From: a virus
Direction: 5' to 3' (one strand)
DNA length: 64,000 nucleotides
Virus record (IMG/VR): IMGVR_UViG_3300005581_000001
Location: 33,582 to 97,581 of that record
Shown piece after piece: positions 50,073 through 58,920 of this stretch. The notes beneath the pieces were generated by a model. The model was not told the DNA's origin and searched no databases. It saw nothing but the letters and a program-made list of their open reading frames with translations. The stretch's first letter is position 1; each line of letters opens with the position of its first letter. Both the position numbers and the translations under genes were made by a program.

Positions 50073-50546
50073 TGGAGGTGGCGGTAATCGAAACCGCGTC
50101 GATCAATACTTTTGTTATATAATTTTATACAGCTTTTTGTAGAATTTAATCTTTAATGTCCCTTAAAAACTACTAAATGTGGACTAATACATAAAAGTTG
50201 CTTCTACATTGTAAGGGTTTTATGCTAAAATAATTTACTTCCTATTACTTTATGAACTGGTAAATCAACAGAATCCTCATAACCGTCGATAGGATACGTT
50301 TTGGTTCAGGGTTAGCGCACAACGCGAATTCTAACTTGCTGACCGTTTTAAACTTATGCTGCCAATTCTAATTCACCATAAATGATGTCAGATTTAACCT
50401 CAGTTCCACCATTTAAGATGTTATGAACTACTTGCATATTCGCTGATACTTGATCTTTGCCGTTTAAAAATATTCACCTTAGTTTACAGTTATCTCTCTG
50501 GCTGAATTATATAATTACTTGCACAACCTCAAAACCTGGCACCCCC
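50073..50546 (-). ncRNA. ssrA: tmRNA, 474 nt
   Basis: 5' GGGGGTG pairs with 3' CACCTCC-A, giving G3.U70 and A73 (Ala identity). T arm GCGGT-TTCGATT-ACCGC; 5' GGTTTTGA motif; internal frame ending LAA-stop. Confidence 0.9.
50354..50461 (-). other. tmRNA tag reading frame: GKDQVSANMQVVHNILNGGTEVKSDIIYGELELAA*
   Basis: GGC after TTTAAAC (inferred resume codon), then 35 codons to TTG GCA GCA TAA. Confidence 0.7.
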
Positions 50547-50670
50547 TTTATTTATTTTATTATAAAACCATTGGAATTAATAGTTAATTCCAATGATTTA
50601 TTTTTATACCGAATTAAGACTTGTTATATAACACTCTTTTTTAAAGATTTTAGTCTATTCCAGCGTTTAT

Positions 50671-51120
50671 TTATTCTTCTTCATCATCTTCTTCTTCATC
50701 ATCTTCTTCTTCAATAGCATTGCCTGCTTCTTGAAAAGCTTCAAAATATTCTTTTGTTAAAGAATCAACGCCTTCAATTTTAGCAAACAATTTAGCCGCA
50801 GTAGCATTAAATTCTTTCTTTTTGGCAACTTCTAAAGCATTTAATTTTTTACGTTCTTCAACAAGTGAACTGTTTAAAGTAACGTATCCTTTCAACATAC
50901 TTTTTAAATCTTCTTTTACTTGTTTAACAGTAGCTTCAGATTCTTCCTTAAATAGTTCTTCAACTAATTCTTGCATTGCGTCTTTTTTTACTTTGCTAGT
51001 AAGTTTAAGATTTTCTGGGCCTTTAACAATTGCTGTTAATTTTTTAACTGTTTGTTCAAATCCAGCTAATACTTTTTTAGCTTCTTTACCTTGATCTTGA
51101 TTTTGATTTTCTGTATTCAT
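50671..51120 (-). CDS. Coiled-coil protein with acidic tail, 149 aa
   Basis: Ends EEEDDEEEDDEEE. Confidence 0.65.
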   Translation of the reverse strand: MNTENQNQDQGKEAKKVLAGFEQTVKKLTAIVKGPENLKLTSKVKKDAMQELVEELFKEESEATVKQVKEDLKSMLKGYVTLNSSLVEERKKLNALEVAKKKEFNATAAKLFAKIEGVDSLTKEYFEAFQEAGNAIEEEDDEEEDDEEE

Positions 51121-51132
51121 TTTTATTTAATT

Positions 51133-51579
51133 TTAAAAAGTTATATTTTCTAATTTTTCGTAATCAACAATACCGTCTAGGTTTGTTATTTTTGTGTAAT
51201 CTTTTGTTTTATCATTTATTTGATGTAAATCATTAAATTTTATAAAGTCAAATAATAGTATAAATTTATTAAATGATGTTGCAATTGTAGTTTGATTCAA
51301 TTCAGATAAATTTAAATCAATATTAATTAACTTATTTTTATCTATTATATATAATGGATAATTATTTCTAATATATTGATTATATATTATCCAACTAAAT
51401 TTTTGTTTAAAGAATTTAGCAAAGTAACTTCTAAATAAACTTAATCTATCATTATAGTCAGGTTTTTTATCATTTAATTCCCAATTATGTAATACTCTAT
51501 TAAATTCTAATATAGTATTTTCAATAATATACTTAAATTTTTCATTTTGTACATCATCTGTTAATGTTATATTTTCCAT
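51133..51579 (-). CDS. Hypothetical protein, 148 aa
   Basis: ORF track. Confidence 0.5.
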   Translation of the reverse strand: MENITLTDDVQNEKFKYIIENTILEFNRVLHNWELNDKKPDYNDRLSLFRSYFAKFFKQKFSWIIYNQYIRNNYPLYIIDKNKLINIDLNLSELNQTTIATSFNKFILLFDFIKFNDLHQINDKTKDYTKITNLDGIVDYEKLENITF

Positions 51580-51635
51580 TTTATTGTAAATTTTTTCATA
51601 TTCATAATTTTAATATTTAGTTTATTTTGTAATTT

Positions 51636-51671
51636 AAAAAAAGACTCTTAACTTATTAATCAAGAGTCTTT
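51636..51671 (-). terminator. Intrinsic terminator
   Basis: On the - strand AAGACTCTT...AAGAGTCTT followed by a T run. Confidence 0.7.
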
Positions 51672-51929
51672 ATATATATTAAAAGAGTGTTTAAGGCACA
51701 CTCTTTGAAAGCCTAAATTAGAAAATGAAAATAGCTTTTATACTATAAAAGTTGTTCAGGTTACAAACGTTACTTTACTTTAGTCGCTTTATTACTATTT
51801 TCCTATTAATTATCCAGTGGCGAGTGCTGGTGAGTTTATGAGACTTAGCCTAAAACTGCTGTACGATTTCAATATAAATACCTTCTCGAATATGGATTTA
51901 GCGATGTGATCCCTTAGCTCGTAACCATT

Positions 51930-52202
51930 CTACTTAATTAATAGTTCTTCTAAGTTTTTGTTAAGTGAGACTAATTCAGCCTCGTTTTTTTCTAATTCGA
52001 TGAGTTTATCTTCAATCTCTTGTTTTCTAAATTCAACAAGATTTCTATTTATTTCATCTAATAAATACTTTTGATCTTCTCTACTAAAATTTTCAGTAAT
52101 ATAACTTACTAATCTTTTAGCTTCTAATTGAGCGATCTTTTGTATACTTGGTATATATCTTATTAATAGATGGTTAAACCAAGATTTAACCCTTTTATTC
52201 AT
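51930..52202 (-). CDS. Hypothetical coiled-coil protein, 90 aa
   Basis: ORF track. Confidence 0.5.
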   Translation of the reverse strand: MNKRVKSWFNHLLIRYIPSIQKIAQLEAKRLVSYITENFSREDQKYLLDEINRNLVEFRKQEIEDKLIELEKNEAELVSLNKNLEELLIK

Positions 52203-52383
52203 TATCCTTTTACAGTTAATTTAACTTGATAACGAACTTTATTTCCAAATTTTACAAACTTGTCAACAATGCTATTTCTCAATTCTTGTTGATTTTTAAA
52301 TGGAGTTTCATATACACCCAACACTTCTTTTTCTTTTTGAATTTTCATAATCTTTAATTTATTTAGTTATTTAATTTATTTAG

Positions 52384-52458
52384 TAGCGGGAATAGGATTC
52401 GAACCTATGTAACTGAGCTTATGAGACTCGGCTGGAACCAACTCCAGTCCATCCCGCA
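52384..52458 (-). tRNA. tRNA-Met(CAT), initiator-like acceptor end
   Basis: TGCGGGA...TCCCGCT-A with a 1:72 mismatch; loop CTCATAA; T arm ATAGG-TTCGAAT-CCTAT. Confidence 0.75.
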
Positions 52459-52463
52459 ATATG

Positions 52464-52534
52464 AGTTTCTAAATGGATTCGAACCAATACTAATAGTTTT
52501 GCAAACTACTGCACTACCGTTATACTATAGAAAC
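52464..52534 (-). tRNA. tRNA-Cys(GCA)
   Basis: Acceptor GTTTCTA/TAGAAAC, U73 discriminator, anticodon arm GTAGT-TTGCAAA-ACTAT. Confidence 0.8.
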
Positions 52535-52650
52535 ATTTAAAGATAGGGAACATTCGTTAAAACATTCCCTTCTCTTCTATAAAATATGTGGTACGAAAAC
52601 TTCTTATTCCACTTTCTTCCTGCACTTTTGTGCTTGTCCGAGATATTTTA

Positions 52651-53082
52651 TTATCTTATAAAGTATTCTATTAGATATAGCTTTGGCGCTGTATACAAGA
52701 ATATTAGATCGTATAAATTTGTTGATAATATAGCAAGTCCTCCAAATACACCTATTAAAAATATTACCGCTGGCGGTGGTGAATCAAAAAAATCATTTTT
52801 ATTAATATATTTTGCTGATTTGAACGATAAAACCCATCCTAAAATAATAATTAAAACACCAATGGATATATAAAATATATTTTCATATAGATGCCATTGA
52901 TAAAACTCTTGAATTAATTCAGGGGCTTGTTCAATAACAAATGTACCTGTTTTTTCAGCTAATGCCAATCCTTTTTCCACTACTGTAGCTAACACATCGT
53001 CTAACTTAGACGGTTCTGTTTCATTAGACGCATAAAACGTTGTCGATAGCATAAAAAATGCTAATAATAAATACTTTTTCAT
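52651..53082 (-). CDS. Membrane protein with signal peptide, 143 aa
   Basis: MKKYLLLAFFML signal, two transmembrane segments, APKLYLIE end. Confidence 0.6.
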   Translation of the reverse strand: MKKYLLLAFFMLSTTFYASNETEPSKLDDVLATVVEKGLALAEKTGTFVIEQAPELIQEFYQWHLYENIFYISIGVLIIILGWVLSFKSAKYINKNDFFDSPPPAVIFLIGVFGGLAILSTNLYDLIFLYTAPKLYLIEYFIR

Positions 53083-53110
53083 AATTTTAATTGTTTTAAC
53101 TGTTTTTTGT

Positions 53111-53542
53111 TTAATTTAATTCAATACTTAATAATTTTTCAGGCAAATACTTTTCAGGACAATGTAAATATATATTATCATTATATCCTATGTATTGTAA
53201 TATTTGAGCATCAGTTTTTTCCCAATTGCTTTGCTCTGTTACTGTTAAATATGGTTTATTTATTTTATTATCTATAACCACATTTACATCTTCAAGGTTT
53301 AATTTTAATAGTTTATAATAACTATTATCAACCTTTACAAACATTTTTATAACATCTCTCCTTTCCTCACTTGAAGAATATCCTCCCATTATAACAAAGA
53401 AAGAGCCACTACTGTTTTTAGTAATGATTTCTTTACTTACAAGTTGCCTTAATTCCATTTTAGTTGTTGAAACTGTTCCATTAGTTTCTTGACAACTTAC
53501 AAATATTCCTAAAAGAAATATTAATAATAATACTTTTTTCAT
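53111..53542 (-). CDS. Putative lipoprotein, 143 aa
   Basis: MKKVLLLIFLLGIFVSC lipobox. Confidence 0.65.
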   Translation of the reverse strand: MKKVLLLIFLLGIFVSCQETNGTVSTTKMELRQLVSKEIITKNSSGSFFVIMGGYSSSEERRDVIKMFVKVDNSYYKLLKLNLEDVNVVIDNKINKPYLTVTEQSNWEKTDAQILQYIGYNDNIYLHCPEKYLPEKLLSIELN

Positions 53543-53868
53543 AATCCTAGTTCTAATTGATTTAACATTTGCATACCAATGTGCTTTGGTTCTGCTTTGG
53601 TTATTCCCGTAACCACAGTGTATTGTTTTGATTTATCACTAAATCTATAATCATTAAGAACAAAGTTCCAATAGATATTCCATAGAAGATTCATTTCTGT
53701 TTTTGAAATATAACCTAATTTGAAGTATTTATTCTTAATAGAAGATAAGTTATCTAATTGCACCAAACGAAGATGCTTCTTCATTTCCACACATAAACAG
53801 GCGCTTAACATTGATGTTACTTTAATACCTGTATAACCTTGTTGTTGTAATACTGTAGCTGTTTTCAT
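53539..53868 (-). CDS. Hypothetical protein, 109 aa
   Basis: ORF track; overlaps the next gene (ATGA). Confidence 0.5.
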   Translation of the reverse strand: MKTATVLQQQGYTGIKVTSMLSACLCVEMKKHLRLVQLDNLSSIKNKYFKLGYISKTEMNLLWNIYWNFVLNDYRFSDKSKQYTVVTGITKAEPKHIGMQMLNQLELGL

Positions 53869-54037
53869 AATTTTGCTTTAGTTTAGTTTTAAAAATAACC
53901 GACTATAACGGTTTAATAAGGATATTATCCACCTTAAGTTTTGAATTTCACTATTTATAAGATTTACTTACAATGAAGCTTTCAAAGTTTCACGGAATAT
54001 AACTATCATATTCGTTATATTGCGACTCATAAATATA

Positions 54038-54301
54038 TTATACTTTATTCTTTTTAATCTTTTTAGTAGTAATAATTATATTTTTATCAATACTATTATC
54101 CTCTAAAGACTTTGTTTTTGCTTTAGGTTTTCTTGGTTTATATTTTCTTTTTGCTTTTGCAACAACATTGTCTTCTGATACATAAGGATCCAATGGTGAT
54201 TTATGCTCTACTTTATTTTCTTTAATAGTTGTATGGTCTGGCACATATACATTTAGCATAACTACTAAGAAAATTGCTAGTATTATTATAATTGTAATCA
54301 T
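54038..54301 (-). CDS. Membrane-anchored basic protein, 87 aa
   Basis: N-terminal transmembrane helix and Lys-rich tail. Confidence 0.55.
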   Translation of the reverse strand: MITIIIILAIFLVVMLNVYVPDHTTIKENKVEHKSPLDPYVSEDNVVAKAKRKYKPRKPKAKTKSLEDNSIDKNIIITTKKIKKNKV

Positions 54302-54322
54302 AATTTATTTATTTAATTGTTT

Positions 54323-55225
54323 TTATTTCTTTTTAAATTGTTCAAACCATTCTTTCATTTCTTTTTTATCAATATCATTATTACAAGAAGATTCAAACAA
54401 AATTTCTAACACTTCTTCCTCACTATACATTCTTTTAGCTTGCCATTTAACACCACTAATAAACAACATTCTGTCTACTTGTCTATCTACTCCTGGGTAT
54501 AATCTTTCAGCAGCTTCTTCAAGTGTTTCTTGTTTGTCAAAATCAATAAACTCGTAAGCACTACTTCTTCCTTCCATTACTTCTTTTGTAGTTAGTACTT
54601 TAGATTCATGTTTGAACTCCTTAATCTTTTCATCAAACTCATCAATGTTTTTATTGATTAATTCAACGTGTTCTTTCGGAAGATAACCATAATCAACACC
54701 AGTGGCATCAACACACCTATCGCATTGCTCTAAACATTTATCATCATAATCAACTTCATCACCACAATAGAAATTCTTTTTAGGTTCTTCTTTTGGAATT
54801 ATTATTTTGTAAAATATCTTATTAGATAATTTGTAATACACATCGTCTTTATACATTCCGTGTTCAGCCTTATCAACCTCAACACTCTCACAACCTGGAT
54901 TTTTAACAAACCATTCTAAAAATTCATCATCAATAGCTTGTACACCATCTTTCATTAAGTCTTGATCTGTTGTTAGGATGATTTTTTTACACCAATGAGA
55001 AAGACATATATTTTTTTCACAAATTATATCTTCACATTTACCAATTTTATCAGTAAGTGCTACAAAAAACCAATCTCCTTCTTTAATTTCTTCATCAGAA
55101 GTGATATAGATGTTTTTACATCTTTTATCTATAGTTAGATTTTTGAGTAATGTAAATTCTTTACCAGATGATATTAACTTACTTGATTTTTCTGTTAATA
55201 ATATATGTATGTTTTTCATTACCAT
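54323..55225 (-). CDS. Mosaic hypothetical phage protein, 300 aa
   Basis: IYITSDEEIKEGDW, KIILTTDQDL..DGVQAIDDEFLEWF and KQETLEEAAE...RMYSEEEV modules typical of Flavobacteriia phages. Confidence 0.65.
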   Translation of the reverse strand: MVMKNIHILLTEKSSKLISSGKEFTLLKNLTIDKRCKNIYITSDEEIKEGDWFFVALTDKIGKCEDIICEKNICLSHWCKKIILTTDQDLMKDGVQAIDDEFLEWFVKNPGCESVEVDKAEHGMYKDDVYYKLSNKIFYKIIIPKEEPKKNFYCGDEVDYDDKCLEQCDRCVDATGVDYGYLPKEHVELINKNIDEFDEKIKEFKHESKVLTTKEVMEGRSSAYEFIDFDKQETLEEAAERLYPGVDRQVDRMLFISGVKWQAKRMYSEEEVLEILFESSCNNDIDKKEMKEWFEQFKKK

Positions 55226-56008
55226 CTTGTTTCTTTAGGACAATTCCTTGAAATTTCTTTTAATTCATTTGCCAACCAAATGATAAAGTTTTCTATTCTA
55301 TTTCTTAAATTATTCATAATATTTAATTGTTTAGTTTATATTTATTTTAGCACCCTTCATTATAGCCTTGCAAGTTAGCCCTCGCTGCTTACTTAATGAT
55401 TAAGGTCACGTAGTTAAGTAGGAGACCGCTAGGGAATATTATTACTCTTTCTTTTAACTACTTGCTGAGAACTCATTTGTGTTGTAGTGATTATACATCA
55501 TATCAGTTATCATTTTGAATTATAAATAATTCAATCTGCTTTACACTCTCCATATATTCCTTTCTCAAGGGAACAACACATCTACCATTACTGATAGTAT
55601 CTTTATGTACTAACTCATATTGAGCAGGCCTTGGGAGATTTCGAGTCTCTAATATCTGTACAAAGGTATTCAATGTTTAACCTGTTTATTATAAAATCAC
55701 ACATCTTTCAAGATAGGAAATCACATTTGTCGTGCTAACAATTTAATGTCTGATTCATACTCAACAAACATAACACTTCTTGTAGCATTGTAGCCTTCGA
55801 TAACTGCTCCACATCCACTTCAATTTTAAGCCTTATATGAAGTAATTTAGTAATGTAGGATTGCCACTTGTTTGTCTTTCTATGTGTGATTTAATTTCTT
55901 TAATTCAATCACATCTCATATAAGCTTATTGCCAATTATCACTAAAGGTATGTGATTATATGAGATATGTTGTAATTCAGTAGTTTTCTAACTTTACTGA
56001 GGTTATAG

Positions 56009-56206
56009 TTATTTTTTACTTAATTCTTCTTGCGTAGAAAATATAGAAATAATAATTGTCGCTAATACTAACAATGTTTGGATAAAATACCCAAACCAGT
56101 TATATTGTTCAAAAATAAATGCTTGACCCAATGTCAGTATTCCTTCTATAAATATTAAGACTAATAATCCTAATATTACTCCTAAAATGTATTTTAATGT
56201 TTTCAT
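56009..56206 (-). CDS. Small two-TM membrane protein, 65 aa
   Basis: Two hydrophobic helices. Confidence 0.55.
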   Translation of the reverse strand: MKTLKYILGVILGLLVLIFIEGILTLGQAFIFEQYNWFGYFIQTLLVLATIIISIFSTQEELSKK

Positions 56207-56994
56207 AATTTTTGTTTTAGTAATTTATGTTTTACACCTAAAACTATACTTAACAATCGGTTGAACATATCAACTTGTATTGTATAGAAACTGGTGCACT
56301 TAACATTAGTTATTGAGTTTTTTATTAAGCAGATTGTTAGTCATAATATGATTGCACATTAACTATCTATCCACGATGGGTATATAATAGTTATTTACAC
56401 ATTACTATTCTCATTTATTTCTATTAGCTGAGAATACTCATTTGCACATACATTCAACCATTACTATCTAGTGCGTCAAGTAATTGTACTATAAAAGACT
56501 CATAAAAGAGCCCATTATTATTCTGATAATTTATCTGTTATTAAGAATAACATACTTGATACAAATCCTCCAATAAAGCAATACAATATTAAATTTTGTG
56601 TTAAGTCTGATAAATTAAATGATAGATATAATCCATAAGATAAAAATAATATACCTATTAATGCGAATGCTAATGATAATTTTTTCATAATGTTTAATTG
56701 TTAATTGTTTTTTATTGATTAAAATATGCTTGAAAATGTATAAATTATCATTGCAATAATAGCTAATGATATTAGTGATTTGATTATAAATGTCTTCATA
56801 AAATGCTATAGTATAATTATAATTGTTATGATAAAATTGTTGTGTGAATTGTTGGATGTGTGTGTTATGATATAGTCAATCACTCACTATCGATAAGATG
56901 TCACACAAAGATAATATCTTCGGACGAATGTGGATAGATTGGATATCTGTTGACAAAAAAAGACGTCTGAAACTCAAGTGTGTGTTGAAAGTTG

Positions 56995-57017
56995 AAAAGA
57001 AAACCCTCTTTCGAGGG
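56995..57017 (-). terminator. Intrinsic terminator with GAAA tetraloop
   Basis: On the - strand CCCTC-GAAA-GAGGG-TTTTCTTTT. Confidence 0.75.
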
Positions 57018-57040
57018 CTATCTATTGCTAATTACGATTG

Positions 57041-57529
57041 TTAAACATCTGCCTCTGCAACTTTAAGTTCAGGTTGAACTGCAGTTGATGCTGGCAATGT
57101 ATCCAATGTAATAAACTGACGGTGAAGACTTGCGTGTTTATCCGCAGGACACAACCTTACTTGGCTGAAACGACCTAATGGTTGTTCAGTAGTAGGATTG
57201 ATATCTTCCTCTTGGTCTTCGTAAAACGGTGTTTCACTAAAGGCTCTGTAAGGTTTGATTGTACCGCTATTAACCTGTTTTATTACAGAGTTAATAGTTT
57301 TATCAACCAATTCTTCAGAGTTACCTTTAATCCACACCATAGATTTTTCTTCTGCAACAAACAATGTTGTAGGATTCAAAACCTCGTCAATGATTTCAAC
57401 ACAAGCCGATACTATCGTTCTTGGTTGTCCATTAACGATTGTGTCTTTTGACCATACAGTTTGGTCGTCTTTGATAAATCTTTTAGCGTTCATAACGTTT
57501 AGAGTATTGTGACGACAGTGCTGATTCAT
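57041..57529 (-). CDS. Hypothetical protein, first gene of the - strand block (start may be 57493)
   Basis: ORF with higher GC than its neighbours, followed by its own terminator. Confidence 0.6.
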   Translation of the reverse strand: MNQHCRHNTLNVMNAKRFIKDDQTVWSKDTIVNGQPRTIVSACVEIIDEVLNPTTLFVAEEKSMVWIKGNSEELVDKTINSVIKQVNSGTIKPYRAFSETPFYEDQEEDINPTTEQPLGRFSQVRLCPADKHASLHRQFITLDTLPASTAVQPELKVAEADV

Positions 57530-57692
57530 AGCTACGTGTCATCTGATTAGACATCTACAGGACAACTCCATACATTGCAGTACGGGTATATCCCAAAATT
57601 TTGAAGAAGTCGGGGTATGATCTTGGCTTAGCAAGCGCACTCATTAATAATTAAAATTTTAAAAAACTTTTCAAAAAATTTTTCCAAAAAAA

Positions 57693-57725
57693 TTAGGAAA
57701 TGTCAAATATATTTATTATCTTTAC
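57693..57725 (+). promoter_or_regulatory. TTAGGAAATGTCAAA...TATCTTTAC promoter
   Basis: Copy of the repeated motif. Confidence 0.65.
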
Positions 57726-57740
57726 ATAAATAATAAAACT

Positions 57741-58079
57741 ATGATTAAACAAACAATAAAGATTCCTATATATCAAGGAACTTTAACTATAATATTTGAT
57801 AAAGATTTGTCATATGTACAGGAAAAATACAAGACTATAAAGCTAGATAACTACGGAGCTGTATTTTTATCTAATGAAAAACATTTTAGAAAATATATAG
57901 TAGCTTTTGAAACTGAAGACTTAGGAACTATAGCACATGAAGTTACTCATATCAAAAATCAGATATTTAAAGATTGTATGATGGAATTAGATGTTGATAA
58001 TGATGAAGCAGAAGCGTATTTAGTTGGATGGTTGTATAGAGAAATACATAAAGTGCTATTACGTAATACAAATATTTGA
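57741..58079 (+). CDS. Small zincin-like protein, 112 aa
   Basis: IAHEVTH...EAEAY. Confidence 0.65.
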   Translation: MIKQTIKIPIYQGTLTIIFDKDLSYVQEKYKTIKLDNYGAVFLSNEKHFRKYIVAFETEDLGTIAHEVTHIKNQIFKDCMMELDVDNDEAEAYLVGWLYREIHKVLLRNTNI

Positions 58080-58096
58080 AAATAAGTGACAAAAAA

Positions 58097-58128
58097 TTAG
58101 GATATGTCAAATATTAATTGTATCTTTG
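58097..58128 (+). promoter_or_regulatory. TTAGGATATGTCAAA...TATCTTTG promoter
   Basis: Copy of the repeated motif; no ORF follows it. Confidence 0.7.
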
Positions 58129-58131
58129 TAG

Positions 58132-58388
58132 CTCAGTAAAATAAAATGCAACTTATTTAGGATATTGTTGCTCCACTATAACACTAATGGGCAATTAGAT
58201 GTGGAGATCACGGGTTTTGCGAGGTATGACGACTTCAATAACACTGGTAAGCCAAGATTTTCTAAGGAATTACGATTCTTTGGGAAACCTCGCTACGCTT
58301 AATAAGTAATGATAAATATATATAACTATAGTAGATATAGTTATTAGCTAACTCCTATGTAGTAAATCTATGTATGGAGTTTTTTTTT
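58132..58388 (+). ncRNA. Candidate structured small RNA, ~250 nt
   Basis: Promoter upstream; nested stems ACTTATT/AATAAGT, CTCCAC/GTGGAG, GCGAGGT/ACCTCGC; terminator AACTCC...GGAGTT plus T run. Confidence 0.6.
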
Positions 58389-58417
58389 GCTTTTTTTTAA
58401 AAATAAATCACTTTTTA

Positions 58418-58449
58418 TTAGGATATGTCAAATATTATTATTATCTTTG
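58418..58449 (+). promoter_or_regulatory. TTAGGATATGTCAAA...TATCTTTG promoter
   Basis: Copy of the repeated motif. Confidence 0.7.
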
Positions 58450-58468
58450 TATAAATAAATTAAAGAGT

Positions 58469-58696
58469 ATGAGTTTTAGAGAAGGTACTATAAAAGAATA
58501 TGAAGGACCAGATCCTTATAAAGGAATATTAGATTTTGAAATATTAAACCAACAAGAAGATTACTTAGAGAGAGTTAAAACTCCAGGAACATTAGAATAT
58601 AAACTTAATGAGAAATATAAACATATGACATTATATGAGTTCCTTATGTATACTGGATTAAAAGATAATAAAATAGAATCAACATGGCAGAAATAG
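58469..58696 (+). CDS. Hypothetical protein, 75 aa (MSFREG...)
   Basis: Start moved to the ATG downstream of the promoter. Confidence 0.55.
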   Translation: MSFREGTIKEYEGPDPYKGILDFEILNQQEDYLERVKTPGTLEYKLNEKYKHMTLYEFLMYTGLKDNKIESTWQK

Positions 58697-58920
58697 TAAT
58701 ATGTAATGAATCAGCACCTTACTTTAAAGCTGAAGTAATAGTAAGAGACACAGATCCAGTAGGGTTTCAAACCTGGGCTGCTAAAATGGAACAATGCAAG
58801 TATATAGCTTATCTTGCAGATGGTACAACTATAGATGTGCAAATGTTTATAGATATGAATGATGTTTTCGATAATGGGTCTTATACTAACTTTTTATTGA
58901 ATAGATACAATGAGTTATGA
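58684..58920 (+). CDS. Hypothetical protein, 78 aa
   Basis: Coupled ORF. Confidence 0.55.
   Translation: MAEIVICNESAPYFKAEVIVRDTDPVGFQTWAAKMEQCKYIAYLADGTTIDVQMFIDMNDVFDNGSYTNFLLNRYNEL

Noticed and set aside
50457-50717. + strand 86-aa ORF, and similar short antisense ORFs (e.g. 1640-1837, 5651-6037, 36060-36470, 42522-42737, 62655-62906)
   Set aside because: They are shadows of longer opposite-strand genes or of the tmRNA, with no plausible protein features.
49090-56700. Recurring AACAATTAAA..ATTATG-like sequence before - strand genes
   Set aside because: Explained by ordinary A-rich, SD-less Bacteroidota translation initiation regions.
58370-58468. N-terminal extension of the 108-aa ORF in the track
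   Set aside because: It overlaps a terminator and a promoter; the real start is probably ATG 58469.
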